Assembly (NCBI RefSeq): GCF_009914755.1
Contig: NC_060930.1
Direction: 5' to 3' (one strand)
Length of the DNA stretch: 64,000 nucleotides
Origin: the human T2T-CHM13v2.0 reference genome, Homo sapiens
Under the pieces are notes generated by a model. The model saw nothing but the letters and a program-made list of their open reading frames with translations. It was not told the origin of the DNA and made no database searches. Within the stretch, counting starts at the first letter, position 1. Every line of letters begins with the position of its first letter. This document shows positions 1 through 12,924 of the stretch, one piece after another. The position numbers and the translations under genes were made by a program.

Positions 1-88
1 CAGTGGAAGAAAAAGACATTGGATCTGGCTTGTAGGTGTCAATGACATGAGAGTAGGGATGGGGAGAAGAGCTTTCCAATCTGGATTG

Positions 89-470
89 TTCCCACTGAAA
101 CTGCTCTTGCCAAGAATACTAATGGCTGCCATCTTGCCAAGATGATGAACACTTAACATTCCTCATCTTACTAACCTTTTCAGCAGCATTGGCCACTGAT
201 GATCATTTTCTCCTTCCTGAAAGAGCCTCTTTTTTATTTTGATGCCTTCACTTTCAGTGTTACCATTTCAGAGACAGAAAGGCTTATTTCTTACTCCGTC
301 TGAAGTAGGAACCCTGCTATTCTTCCATGGGGGGAAAATATCCCTTTAGTCTCTCTCACATCATTATTTCAATTATGAGTTTTATGTATTGTTTGTTTAT
401 TGTCTTCTCACTCAGCAGACTTTGAACTCCTAAAAAGATCATGGACCACATGGACGCACCTGATGTGTAG
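89..470 (+). mobile_element. L2 LINE fragments (RT region and 3' part)
   Basis: ccactgaaactgctcttgccaag...cctcatcttactaaccttttcagcagcattgg resembles the L2 ORF2 consensus; downstream agactttgaactcc resembles the L2 3' end. Confidence 0.6.
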
Positions 471-519
471 CAAAGTTCAGGCTCTCAGAGATTTATTATG
501 ATTTCAGATTCTGGTACCC
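465..519 (+). repeat. 55-bp perfect direct repeat, copy 1 (copy 2 at 1527-1581)
   Basis: gtgtagcaaagttcaggctctcagagatttattatgatttcagattctggtaccc is identical at both sites. Confidence 0.95.
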
Positions 520-602
520 AGAACTGTGAAAGAACACGTTTCTATAGTTCTATGCCATTAAGTCTGTGGGAATTTGTTAAAACAGTCACAAGAAACTGTA
601 TA
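499..602 (+). mobile_element. MLT1 (ERVL-MaLR) LTR 3' fragment
   Basis: tgatttcagattctgg..ccagaactgtgaaagaacacgtttct...gtctgtgggaatttgttaaaacagtcacaagaaact resembles the MLT1 LTR 3' end. Confidence 0.65.
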
Positions 603-949
603 ATAAACATTAAAATGTTCTTCCTCACTAGTAATCTAAAAATGTATGTTAAGAAGGAAATACCACTTTAACTATAAGATCTTAAAAATCCAAATAAATG
701 ATGATACCATGTTAATGTGAAAGTGGTTATCTCTAGATGGCTAATTCTTGTATTTCTGTTTTATATAGAGAAAAATTTCCTAAGACAGAAAGGCTTCCAC
801 CACAGATCATGTAGGATATATTAGAAAATACTCAGAAATGATGAATGGAGCAGGGTTGCTGAGTTACCAACAAGCTTTAGATAAAAGTATTCTTTTATGT
901 TCTAAATGAATTTGGTTTACATATATATTACAAAAGCCAAAATATTTTA

Positions 950-1052
950 TGTACATATATTAAAATCCATATATATGTATATATAAAAGCTATATGTATA
1001 TTGCTATATGAATATATATATATATATATGTATACACATATGCACACATATA
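950..1052. repeat. (TA)-rich simple repeat
   Basis: atatatatgtatatata... runs. Confidence 0.85.
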
Positions 1053-1526
1053 TCTCATAGCCTAAATCTTCCACAACCATTTTGTAGCTTAAATCCTTGA
1101 GAACCTAAGTCAGTTGTAAGCTGTTCACCTGGTCAATGATTCACAGATTTCAAGTCCAAGTGAACTTCAAGACATAGCTGTGACTGATACTCACACACAC
1201 TAATTTTTACAACAGCGTTTTTGACATGTATCTACTTACTTCAACTAATAGGCTGTTTTTTTTCTAGGTAAATAATCAGGCATTTGGACAAAGAATTACA
1301 TGTAAAAATACTAGCCAGAGTCCATTTAAAATAGTGAAAAACTCCCTTAATGTCCAGTAAACTCATGGAATATGTAAATTATGGCAGGAACAAACAACGG
1401 AATATTAACAAACATTAAAAACCATGTCTGTAAAGAATGTTTGATCACATATGGAGAAATATCAAAAAAATGTATAGTTAGAAGAGCAGAATCATTACAA
1501 CAAACTTTGTTGAGTACTTGCCAAAC

Positions 1527-1581
1527 GTGTAGCAAAGTTCAGGCTCTCAGAGATTTATTATGATTTCAGATTCTGGTACCC
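1527..1581 (+). repeat. 55-bp perfect direct repeat, copy 2
   Basis: identical to 465-519. Confidence 0.95.
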
Positions 1582-2635
1582 TGGTATTGCTGTTTCTTTT
1601 TACGTTCATTACAACATCAGGAGGAAAGTCAACTAACTTGCTCAGAGTTACACAGCTATAATTAGGAGGGTTAATTCTATAGGTCAACCTGTTCATCAGC
1701 ATGCTATACCAGACTATATAAAAAATAAAGCCCGACTTCTTTTTCTTGGAGAGATGCTCCCTACCAATTCTCAGTAGTCAACCTTGTCAGTTTTGATTAC
1801 ATCACCTGAACATAAGCTGTACCTGGACTGGTCACCATTCCCAACTCAAAATAAGCTTAAGGACAACCATGTTGTCAACAGCAACATCCCCGGTGCTTAG
1901 TACATCAACACACCCAAATATACAGTATGTCAGGATTATGGACTTACACTTTGGTGATTTTTTTCAAAGATTATATATGAAGAATATGTTTCAAAAAAAT
2001 CTTCTATAAATATTTTTAAATAAAATATTTTTTGAAATAGAATAGGAGGATATGAAAGGACATTTCAAGAGCAAGAACTGCAGCAGAAAGCACACAGCAG
2101 CAGTGCCAGCCACCAATTGTTTGGGTGATCAAAATACTGCTCTCTAGGCATAAGTTCCTGTAGTCTGGTTTACTGCTTCCTGCTGTCTGCACTGAAATGT
2201 TTTTTCATTATTTCTACAATGTTTATTGCTTAATTAAAAACATGCAAACATCACAGGGCAATGACTTTGAAGTGATAAATATATTTAATACTTTGACACC
2301 GGAGGCTCTTTCCAGTTGCAAAGTAAATGATGCCTGGAGGCCTTTCAATATTTTTGGAGTTTTAATAAAGTGGAGAAAAACAAAGAGTCTGGCAACCAGT
2401 AATCTGGGGATAATGAAGGCATCCACACCCACAATTTATTATTGTATTTTTTCTTCCCCTGGCATGTGGGTCTCATATTTCTCACATGAAAAAGAGGAAT
2501 TGTTTTGCTGGTTGCTCTGCTGATCACAATAAATTGCATATCTTATTTGTGCAAAAATTATTAAATCAACCTCCTATGACAATATCTATACTTTTTGTTA
2601 CATTTCCCAGTAAGATCTCTCTTTCTTTCTCTGCA

Positions 2636-2667
2636 TGGTGTGTGGTGTGTGTGTGTGTGTGTGTGTG
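2636..2667. repeat. (GT)n microsatellite
   Basis: tggtgtgtggtgtgtgtgtgtgtgtgtgtgtg. Confidence 0.9.
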
Positions 2668-2822
2668 GCTACAAATGTGTGTACTGAGTACTATAATCAA
2701 GAATTTTATCAGCCTGATTTTAGAGTACACTACAAATTTCTGGCGATCTCAGCAGGGTCCAGCATAGGACCTTGGAATATACAAACACTACCAATGTGAT
2801 AAAAAGCCATGAGGCATAGCAC

Positions 2823-2987
2823 AGCACTTTTCAGAATTTAATATGCACATAAGTCACCTGGAAAACTTGTGAAAACTCGGATTCTGATTCACTAGGTCTC
2901 AGATACTACCTGAGATTTTGTGTTTCTCCCAGTATTTCAGGTGATGTCAATGTGGTGGTCCACAGATCACACTTAGAATGGCAAAGG
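2823..2987 (+). mobile_element. MER5A-like hAT-Charlie DNA transposon (MITE)
   Basis: aagtcacctggaaaacttgtgaaaactcggattctgattcactaggtct...caggtgatgtcaatgtggtggtccacagatcacactt. Confidence 0.75.
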
Positions 2988-3009
2988 CAGGGTGGAAATC
3001 TCATGGAAT

Positions 3010-3190
3010 ATGATAGACTTGAGTGCAAATCTCTTTTTAACACTTATTGACTATATCACTGTTGTATGTTTTAAACATCTCTTTTGGTCTCATTGTTGTC
3101 ATCTATAAAGTGGAAAGTAAAAACTAACATGGATAGTTGTTGCCATGACATGATGACACTGTGTCTATAAAAGCACCTGCTGAATAATAC
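3010..3190 (+). mobile_element. MIR SINE fragment
   Basis: tctcattgttgtcatctataaagtggaaagtaaaaactaacatggatagttgt resembles the MIR core. Confidence 0.55.
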
Positions 3191-3624
3191 ATACAGATAA
3201 TGAAGATCGTTTGTAACCTCTTTCAATGCTGAGGAACATGTAATGTCCATGAAAATGGGACCATCTCAAATGTCCAAGAAAGTGTTTATCAGAATGCTGT
3301 AAAATATTTTTTAAAGTGTTAGCTTAACACTTTCTCCAGGAAGTAAAAAGAAGTTATTGTTGCAATAATCATTTTATTTCATAGGTCTCAACCCTTGAGA
3401 TATTTCTGGCAATAGACCTTTCTACAAATAGTTTCAGACTAGTTTCAAATAGTTGCAGAAATGGCTGGATATAATACAGCAGAAATAATTTCTGTGCAAA
3501 CAAAAATGCGAAGAAAAATAACAAGACATTTGAAAGCCATATAGTGCTAAAGTTAGAAACACATAGTTGTCATCACTATGAAGGAGCTCTGATGGTTACT
3601 GCCATCAGAAGTGCTTTGTGCCAA

Positions 3625-4266
3625 TTACCAATCTCTTGAATCTCAGCTGTAAATCCACCCTTCATTACTATGTATTATACTGGAGAATTTCTCCTTTGCC
3701 AGCTGGCAGGAGGGTGCAAATTGTCAGTAGAGTGTCCTGGTAGTGGGGCTGAGTACACAAGAGGAGGAAAGTGCTTTCTTCCTTGTCCTAGGGTGCTTTT
3801 GTTTTCTGCAGCAAGTGGCTACTAGCTAGAGATAGCATCTCTCTGTGGACAACTCTCCAGCACCCTCTATGGGTTTCAGAGAGAGTTCTGAGGCCTGGAA
3901 ACTACCTGTGGTTGGCTTTCCCCATTAATCCCTGTTGGAGTTTCCAGAGCCTTTTTCGCAGGGTACCTCAGTGAAATTTGGATAGGGCACCTCAGTGAAA
4001 GCCACCCAACAGGCCAAGCCACAGCCTCTCCAACAAAGCAAGGATTCCAGGCCCAGGGTGGGTGTGACTTTTTCAGTATTCTTCCTATCCATGGAGTTAA
4101 CGGCTATTTACTATTTTCAGCTTTCCTGTTCTTTGTAGGGTTCTCTTTATTCCTGAGTAGCAAGCTACCCCATTACTTCAATCCCCTGTAATCATCAATA
4201 ATATTTTATACTACATTGTTGAAATCAAGGTGTGATTTGTCTTCTGATTTAACAAGAACTGATACA
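3625..4266 (+). mobile_element. old ERVL-class solo LTR (family uncertain)
   Basis: GC-richer block ending ...ggtgtgatttgtcttctgatttaacaagaactgataca, a typical ERVL LTR 3' terminus. Confidence 0.45.
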
Positions 4267-4274
4267 TACCTTAA

Positions 4275-4651
4275 CATATTAGTCCATTCTCACACTGCTA
4301 TAAAGAACTGCCCGAGACTGGGTAATTTATAAAGGAAAGAAGTTTAATTGACTCACAGTTCCACATGACTGGGGAGGCCTTAGGAAACTTACAATCAATG
4401 CAGAAGGGGAAGCAACATGTCCTTCTTCACATGGTGCCAGGAAGGAGAGGAATGTGTGCCCAGTGAAGGGGGAAGACCCTTATGAAAACCATCAGATTTC
4501 ATGAGAAATAACTCACTATCACAAGAACAGGATGGGAGAAAATACCCCCATGATTCAATTATCTCCATCTGGTCCCTCCCATGACATGTGGGGATTATAG
4601 GAACTACAGTTCAAGATGAGATTTGGGTGGGGACACAGCCAAACCATATCA
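4275..4651 (-). mobile_element. THE1 (THE1C/D-like) MaLR solo LTR
   Basis: attagtccattctcacactgctataaagaactgcccgagactgggtaatttataaagg...gatgagatttgggtggggacacagccaaaccatatca. Confidence 0.92.
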
Positions 4652-5369
4652 ACGTCTAATGCAGATATCTGCTTACTCAACATGGATGGGAAAATTCATA
4701 AAATACTATGAGAAATATTGTTGGAAAGAATAATGAACACCCACAAAGTAAAATGCAAGGTCAAACCCACCCAAGAGAAAACAGATGAGCCATTTTAGTT
4801 AAAAAATCTCGCCTGATAGAATTTATCAATCTTTCAGAGTGTGTTCAAAGGTGAATATCATCTTTCAAATTTTAGAATCTACTAAATTCACACCAGCCTC
4901 TGAGACTCCAATTAGGTCCTTGGAGAGCTTTGTAGAAAGAGTTCCTATTCATGTAGTCATTGAAATCTTTGTCTCCTATCCATTGAATAGTAGCAGTTCA
5001 AAACTTCAAATGACTCTTGCTTATTTTTTTTAGCCAGGGGATGAAAGTTTTAGTTTCCTCAAAGTAATGCTAATTTTGATGTCCTTTATGATCAGTATTG
5101 AAAGAAAATCAATGAGAAATCATGGCTACATGAATACAACAGCGAGTAGGCAAAAATCTTGAAAACAGGTATAAAAACTATCCACGTGGATTTTAATACC
5201 TAAGTATTAAAAATAGCAATTGAATGATATATCCCAATCAGTGTGTTGTATTTTAAGTTTGGAAAATATCATATTTAGAAGCAATCAGTACTCAAAAGGA
5301 CACATAATTTTTGAAGCATCTTACCTTTAATGCCTTTAATAAAGTTCCACATCATCCAGTTTCCTTTTC

Positions 5370-5843
5370 CTTCTCCAACATCATCCCCTACTCTCATACC
5401 CATAGCTCATGCTTCTTCTGCCATTCTTAGCTTATAGCTCTTCTTCCAACACAACTTTTCACCTTTCACTATCAGCTGCCTCTTCCTGGAATAGTCCTCT
5501 ATCCAATATTCTCATGGCTAACATTCCTTCCAGTTTCAGTTCAAATCTCACTTTCTCCATGAATCCTGTCTTGACCACCATATTTCAAACTACAGTCCAG
5601 ATCTCTTCCCCAACCAGCACTTCCAACTTCTCTCAATGTGCCTTTTTTTCATAGCTTGTTTTATCTTCTAACATCCCATAATCTTTATCTAGTTATTTTA
5701 TTTGTTGTTTATTTTCTCTCTTTCCTTGTTACATTGAAAATTCAAAATAACAAGTTTGTCAGTTTTGTTCTCTGGTATATCCTCAGTTCTTAGAAAAGTC
5801 CCAGGCATCTAATAAATATTCGATGAATGGGTAATGCATGAAT
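5370..5843 (+). mobile_element. L2 (L2a-like) 3' end
   Basis: ctcttcctggaatagtc...ttttgttctctggtatatcctcagttcttagaaaagtcccaggcatctaataaatattcgatgaat. Confidence 0.7.
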
Positions 5844-6258
5844 AGGCTGACAACAATTGCTTTAATCTGGATATAAACTTGACTTTAAAAAGATTGAAGG
5901 TTGGAGAACCAGAAGTTAAAGTAACGTACTAATTATAAACTTTTTTAAAGTCTAAGAGAAAGTACATTATTCATATTACAACATAACTGATATGGTATCA
6001 TACATTACACAATTATCCGAGTGCAATTTCTTAAGATTTGGAAAAGGAGAATATGACTTAACTTTCCGTGGGTTGATACTGCAACTTAGCCATATGATTT
6101 TTGGAATAAGAAACTGTCAGTGCTAATCAAGTATGTCTTTAACTGTTAATGTTTTCCCACAGATGCAGCTCCAAATGTTAGTTTTTCAAACATAGCCTGG
6201 TGAAAATGAACACATTGATTTAGCATCCAGGACTACTAGTTTTCTCGAATGTAAAATG

Positions 6259-6428
6259 TCATTTACGGCAGGTTGAAGCTTGCGAAGCACCCTTCTATGG
6301 AGTGTGTCATGTAATCTTGACAAACTTGTGCAATAAACAGAGAAAATCTATTCTTTTCTACACACCCTGGCCTTCCACCCTGCACCACCAGGCATCATTA
6401 AGAGACACTCTTGTGATCCCTGCTCACC
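6259..6428 (+). repeat. 170-bp dispersed direct repeat, copy A (copy B at 7297-7466)
   Basis: ungapped alignment at offset 1038, about 16 mismatches by manual count. Confidence 0.95.
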
Positions 6429-6714
6429 TTCGAAATTGGTATGTGAGTCAATGGGAAACAGTTTATAGGCAATTCTGTGCTGGCAACATCTAGGTGCCAC
6501 TTCTCCACTGATAAAATACTATGTCTTTTCCCACAAACAATTCAAATGCTGTCTCATTTGTGTATGTATTACTTCTTCCTCAACATTCCCAGCCCACTTT
6601 GCTAGTGCTAATATTAGAGCAAGCAGATTCTGATGCACATTATATCATACTTTAGCTCTAGCTGTCTCTGTTTGTTTCTCTCATTAGAAAGTGCTCTTCT
6701 TGAGGCTAGGGATC

Positions 6715-6920
6715 AATAATGGAAAGAGCACAGACTTTGGAGCACAAGGATCTCAGCTGAAACCTCAGCTCCACTACTCACTAAGTGAATGACCTTCAAT
6801 AAATTCCTCAACTTCTCCAAGCTTCTATTTCTTATTTGGAAAAACCAAATTCTACTGACTGCATAAGGTTGTCATAGGAATTAAAGAATGTACTTATGTA
6901 TAACAGTTGGCCTATTTATT
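6715..6920 (+). mobile_element. MIR SINE
   Basis: ggaaagagcacagactttggag...ctcagctccactactcactaagtgaatgacctt...aacttctccaagcttctatttcttatttg. Confidence 0.75.
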
Positions 6921-6924
6921 TAAC

Positions 6925-7175
6925 AAGTGCTAATATAGTGCCTACTTAGTCCTAAGCAATGCTTTAAGTACTTGACACTTACTCAGTTTAATCCTCATAA
7001 TACCTTGATGAGTCGATGCTTTCATTTACTTCATTTTGTAGATAAGAACATTGATGCATAAAAAGAGTAAGTGAACGGCACAAAGTCATCCAGGCAAAAG
7101 GCAATAAAACCAGGATTCAAATCCAAACAGACTGGCTTCAGGGTTTTGGGGATGCTGTTATACTATACTGCCTCT
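6925..7175 (-). mobile_element. MIR SINE
   Basis: tttaatcctcataatacc...cattttgtagataagaacattgatgc...ccaggattcaaatccaaacagactggcttcag. Confidence 0.7.
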
Positions 7176-7296
7176 CCAGGAGAAGACAAACACTTGTGTA
7201 AGTGGCTTGCTCAAGGTCACACAGCCACAGACAGTGCAAGGATAACTAGAAACCATTGTTCTTACTCTTGAACAGATTCATTTAAATGAACCAGAT

Positions 7297-7466
7297 TCAT
7301 TTATGGCAGGTTGAAGCTTGTGAAGCACTCTTCCATGGAATGTGTCATGTAATCTTGACAAACTTGTGCAATAAACAAAGAAAATCTATTCTTTTCTACA
7401 CATGCTGGACTTCCACCTTGTACCACCCCGCATCATTAAGAGGTACTCTTGTGATTCCTGCTCACC
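7297..7466 (+). repeat. 170-bp dispersed direct repeat, copy B
   Basis: about 91% identical to 6259-6428. Confidence 0.95.
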
Positions 7467-7914
7467 CTGCGACCCTGTAAGGGTCGACTCAACCAAATAG
7501 TAACTATCCTTTCTCCCCAGGAATCACAGGAATAATAATGTCTACCTCCAAAACTCAGATGTTTCAGATGTTATCACTCAATAAGTCATTTATATTCATG
7601 TTATTTATAAAATATGAAGTGCTACATTACTAAACGTGTTCAATACCAAATGTGTTAATATTAAAATCATTTTCTTACATGTGGGTTACAAAATATGGGA
7701 AAACATAACTGAATTTAAGACGACAAAATAGACAAGTTAAATATGACATTACTCCCAAGGTGATAATCATAAACCATTCTTAGAAGATTTTTGAAACAAT
7801 TTATAGGAGGTTTCAGTATTCCCACTAAAATAATTATTGGTTGAAATGAACAGGCAAGAACAGATGAGTTTTGCTTTAATATTGAAGTTGCTCTCCAGTA
7901 AAGATAAACATATA

Positions 7915-8250
7915 CAGTCAGGCCTCTATCCATGGACTCCTCATCTGTGGATTCAATCAACGCTGAGTCAAAAATATTTGGAAAAAAAAGATGCTTGCAT
8001 CTGTACTGAATATGCACAGACTTTTTCTTGCCATCATTTCCTAACAATACAGTATAACAATTATTTACGTAGCATGTATATAGTATTATGTATTATAAGT
8101 AACCTAGAGATTATTTAAAGTAGACAGAAGATTGTGTGTAGGTTATATGCAAATACTATGCCATTTTCTATCAGGGACTTAAGCATCTATGGATTTGGGG
8201 TATCCATGGGGCCCTGGAACCAATCCCTTACAAATATGGAAGGATGATTG
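7915..8250 (+). mobile_element. MER2 (TcMar-Tigger) DNA transposon
   Basis: ta|cagtcaggcctctatccatgg...tggattcaatcaac...atacagtataacaattatttac...ctggaaccaatccc...ggatgattg; about 340 bp with terminal inverted repeats. Confidence 0.88.
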
Positions 8251-9499
8251 CATTTATCAGTTCTTCCTTAATCTTCTCTTTTTAGACTTCTCAAAACAAA
8301 CTTTACTGTAACGCTGATTACTGAATTTTTCACAGCCAGTTTGGGAGGATTGCCACTGAGAAGATTATGAACTTTCATCATAAAGAGGCTTAAAATTTTC
8401 CTCTAGGATATTTGAGAGGAGTTTAAGTTCCTGATTTACAAAATAACAACGTCAATTTCTCTTGCATTGCCATTTTACATACCAATTTAATGGGGGACTA
8501 ATAATAATTTTCAGAGATCATAAATGGTTTTTAAACTCATTTTAGTGGCAATGTTTTTTAGAAATAAAATACATACAGCCTTTCATTTTTAAAATATTTT
8601 ACTTATTTGTTTTTGCCTTTCTGGGATTCAGAATCATGCAAATTTCAAGTATAATTAGCAAAATACACTAAAATGTAAATATCTTGGAATTTTATGTTAA
8701 TTTATAACATGTAAAGTAAAAATCTTAAAAATAGGTTTATACAGATTAAATTTAGTTCTTAGTAGTCTAAAAGACTTATTTATTTACTTTTTGATTGTGC
8801 TGGTTAATCTGTATAAACTCCCATAGAAAATTCAAAATCTTTAAGTATATAGACTCTTTCTGGAAGACCAAAGTAATGCTCATTTAAAAAGTAGAGAAAA
8901 CTTTGGAAGAAGCACATATGTATGTAAACATATTTAAGGAAACAGCAGATGTCTACAGCCTGATTAGTCTATAATGGACTATGGTTCCAACAGTAGTCAT
9001 GATTTTACTGACAATTTGGGACAGTACATAGATTGCTATAAGAAGCCGAAATCCTGTTATTATGCCAATTCTCTAAAATAGGAAAAGGAGTATATAATAA
9101 TGACCTTGGCTTCATGAACATTCTGCCAAATAGGTAGGTTACAATAATTTGCTCATAGAATATTAGGAACCTCTACAAGGTAATAGATCAGAAAAGCTTT
9201 CCTGGAGTTCCTTTCCTCATTTTTGAGGGTGATTGACCATTTCTGTTTCTGGAAATTTTTTCTTGAAGAATTCACTCTTACGTCAGATAAAGCAGGGGAA
9301 CTGGACACCTCTTATTGCATCCCTAGCATTCATTTCTCCTTCATTTGTCCCCAACAGCTTCTGAATTCCACTGAAAGATGGAGAATAGGCCCATTAGCAT
9401 ACTCCACACCCTGGCTCACATTTTTAGGATAGCGATTGTTAAGTTACCTTTATAAAATGCCCTTTTCACAGTGCATCTTGGAAGTTTTTTTCTGTGAAC

Positions 9500-9750
9500 T
9501 CTGGACAACAGCTGTTCTGTCTTTTCCTGAATAGGCTAGTACTTGCATGTAAGAACTGAAATGGTGGCCGCCATTTTTGCCTCAATTTTTGCCATTTTGT
9601 AAACAAAGCCTGGGTCAAGTGTGACTTACAGTTCTTCTACTGATGGAGTTTTCTTTTCAATGATATGAGCCAAAAAATTCCTTTGATTACTTAAGCCGGT
9701 TGGCATTGCTTTCTTTGCCGCATGTAACCAAAAGCATTTAATTAATCCAT
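9500..9750 (+). mobile_element. old MLT1 (J/K-like) LTR 3' part
   Basis: tgagccaaaaaattcctttgattacttaagccggttgg...tgtaaccaaaagcatttaattaatcca. Confidence 0.5.
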
Positions 9751-10874
9751 TGGTAATGGCCTTCTCCAACTTAATTCCCTATGTATAAATGTATGAGTTC
9801 ATGAGACCAAACACTAAAATAACATGGTTTTTTTGTTTGTTTGTTTTTTAAGAAAGCAACTTGTAACTAGAATTTCCATTGTTTTGTATAGAGACCTGTG
9901 TTACTCCAAAGATACTCATTTTCACATCTCACCTTATTTCAATAATAATAATGGTCAGAAACCTAAAAGCAGGTGTTGATAAATTAATTGAATATTATTT
10001 CAACACATCCTGATTTGGCATGGTTTATAAGAAATTCCAAACGTTCAAAAGAGATAAAAGTTGCCATTCCTTCTACTCTTCTCCTGGAAAATTTTATATA
10101 TTTAGAAAACAAAATGGAATCATGAAGGACACAGGTTGAGGCAAGTAGAGTGGGCGTTTGTGGGGAAGGTGCTTCGGAGGTCTGATAGGTTGAAGATTTC
10201 CTCCTTGTCTTACATGACTGTAAGTAGTCGGTGAGGTATTATCAAGTCAGGAGTGGAGTCTCCTCTGGAAGTTGTCTCAGCTCTTAGTAGGCTGAGTGGG
10301 ACCCAGTGAGCAGTTTAGGGAGCAATGGACATGAAATGAAATATTCAGAGCAAGTTCTCTGTTTCTTAGTACTCTGGCCACTGGAATGGAAAGGTGTGTC
10401 CGACACAAACCTTATGAGCTTGCACGGATACCCTGTATTACCTCTTTCTTTCACAAGTTGCCATGAGTTCACCACCAGCACTGTGCCAGCCCCAGGGCTG
10501 GGATGTGACCTCTTCCTCAGCCACCTCCTTGCTGAGGCTCACCCAGGTAGCTAAAGTCACCAGCTACGTAGAGCTGAAATTCTGAAGCTTCCTACCTAAG
10601 TGGCATCACATAGCACCCTTCTTGTCCAAAAGTCGTTTCTACAAAATATAATAAATATGAAATGTGTATTTGGAGTTAAGCTTAAATTTATGGTCTGCCA
10701 TTTCCTAGATAACAGGATTTCAAGCATGCATGTTACTTAAAAATCTTGGAGTCACAATTTCTTTATATAGTGTGATAAATATTTAAAAAAAAGATTAGAA
10801 AAGCCCTTCAAACAGTGATTAGCATATTTTTCTATCAACATGTTAATAAAATGTTTTCCAATTACACTAATTAT

Positions 10875-11185
10875 TTATGTGTATGTATATAAATGAATAT
10901 ATGTATACAGGTACAGATTCATTAATACACATATATTTACATACAAATATACATATAAATACACATGTACATATAAAAATACAAATATATATTTATATAT
11001 CTACATGTATATAAATGTACATATAAATATACGTTTATATAACTGTATATAAATACATATATAAATAATTTATATGCATACATACGTATATAAATGTGCA
11101 TATATTTATATACAAATAAATATGTACATAAAATACACATATTTATATATATGTACATATAAATATACACACACATATATATAAA
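10875..11185. repeat. AT-rich (TA/TACA) low-complexity tract
   Basis: about 300 bp of atatatacatataaat variants. Confidence 0.9.
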
Positions 11186-12924
11186 TTGCCCCTGGCATAA
11201 AGCATAGACAGAATAAACATTAATAAGATCGATATTGCCACAGCAGTAATTATTCCTTTATATTCAGTGGATGATTGAACCTTTGCAATTTAATGATACT
11301 AATCCAGAAGCTTTTCGGTTTAGCATTTGTAATTTAATTAAAACTTGCTTCTGAATATGGCCTAGTATGTTTTATTTCTCTTATATTTTCAGTTGGCAGG
11401 CACCTCTTAGAAATCATAAGAACTTAAATTGCAATCAACTACACAGCAAATGATTCTTGAAATATTCATCACCTGTAACTCTTTCAAGAATTCCCACTTT
11501 GCTGAGAAAAGTGATGTGCCCTGGTTGCTCAATTTCAAAGCTGTCCTAAAAATTAAGAAAAAAATTCTTTGTGGGAAAGAATGTGTTCTTCCTGTGTATG
11601 AATGTTGATACATTTCATCTTGAATTTCTAATTATGCATTATGGCTCTTTTGAAACCAAAAGCACCATACAAACTATATAGCAGATGAAAACAATGAAGC
11701 AGTGTCAACTGATTGTGGGAAAACTCCAAGTATAAATGTGTCATACTGATAGTATTTTAATTCTTAGTACATACATGTTTCTTGTGGCTCATTTCACAAG
11801 TTCAATGGAGTCTCATAATTTTAGGAGAACTTTGCACTTTCTTACAGGACCCAAACTCTACATGCTAAATTTCTATACTCACAGAAAACAAATGAAACAA
11901 AAATCTTTGGTATATAGAGGTTTTTCTAAGACAGAAACAATAAAATAATTTGATCTGCAGGCTTACCTTTATACTAAGTCTAGTCCAAAATGATTATAAT
12001 TGTTTTTCTAATTTTATCTGTTTTTTAGATAATTTTGGTGTTGATATTCATATTCAGTTTACGTAAGTTAGGGCATTTGTTTCATGCCAGAAGAGAATTC
12101 CCTTCCTTTAAACGCAGGCCCTCTGGCCAGACACTTCAAAGTCAACATGTCTTAAATGATTTTGCATGTCTGTCTCTTTTATTTATAAAACATTTCCTCT
12201 CCCCGAGGTGATCTACCTTAGAATTGTTAGAGTCTTTCTTTGTCTAATGTTCCCCTTTGAGTCCATCAAATGTGAAATCCTAGCATTTTTCACGCATTCT
12301 TTTTCACTCTTGCTGCCACTTTTCTGATTTTAAGTCCAATTACTTCAGGCCTAGAGTATTAGAAGAACTTCTTGTCATCTTCTAACCTTCAGGTTCTGTC
12401 TTCAGGTCTGTGTTTTCTCTGGTGTCAAATGAATTTTATTAAGACACTTTTAAAATCAGAATTCTTCCTCATTCCCAATCTTTTGGGGACCCTAATTTGC
12501 TTACATCCTATAAGCAAAAATGTTAAACTGGCATTTTAAGACTTTAAAAATATGGACTCATATTGCTTTTATAAACTTTCTTCTTACTAATTGGCAGAAC
12601 ATATCAATGGTCACTTTACTCTAAATTTATTATGAATATTCCAAACTGCACGTGTGTGCTTACCAAAGCCTAATTATCTGGAATCCCTGTAATCACCTGC
12701 TTCTACTCTTAAAAATATCCAGCATTATTAAGTAATATTTTAGATATTCATAAAGGCAAGGAGAACAATATACTTATCGAGAAATATAGCGGAAGAGGTA
12801 TTCTGAAAGAATCTATTACTAAAAACATAAGGTTGAGCCACATGAAAATGCTGTCTTTGTAGTTTAAAAATAGACAATTTTATATAGGTCAATTTAAAAG
12901 GACTAGGTTTTCAATAAAACGTAT

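Noticed and set aside
1940-2200. Possible minus-strand exon (donor-like gtaagt near 1948) and short Cys/Leu-rich ORF
   Set aside because: No consistent reading frame or partner exon, the ORF is under 30 aa, and there is no recognisable homology.
6302-7480. Two similar short ORFs (MCHVILTNLCNKQRKSILFYT...) suggesting a peptide gene pair
   Set aside because: The similarity is fully explained by the 170-bp DNA duplication. Starts are non-ATG or differ between copies, and many of the differences change amino acids.
10937-11176. Tyr/Ile/Met-rich 79-aa ORF
   Set aside because: It is a translation of a TA-rich simple repeat.
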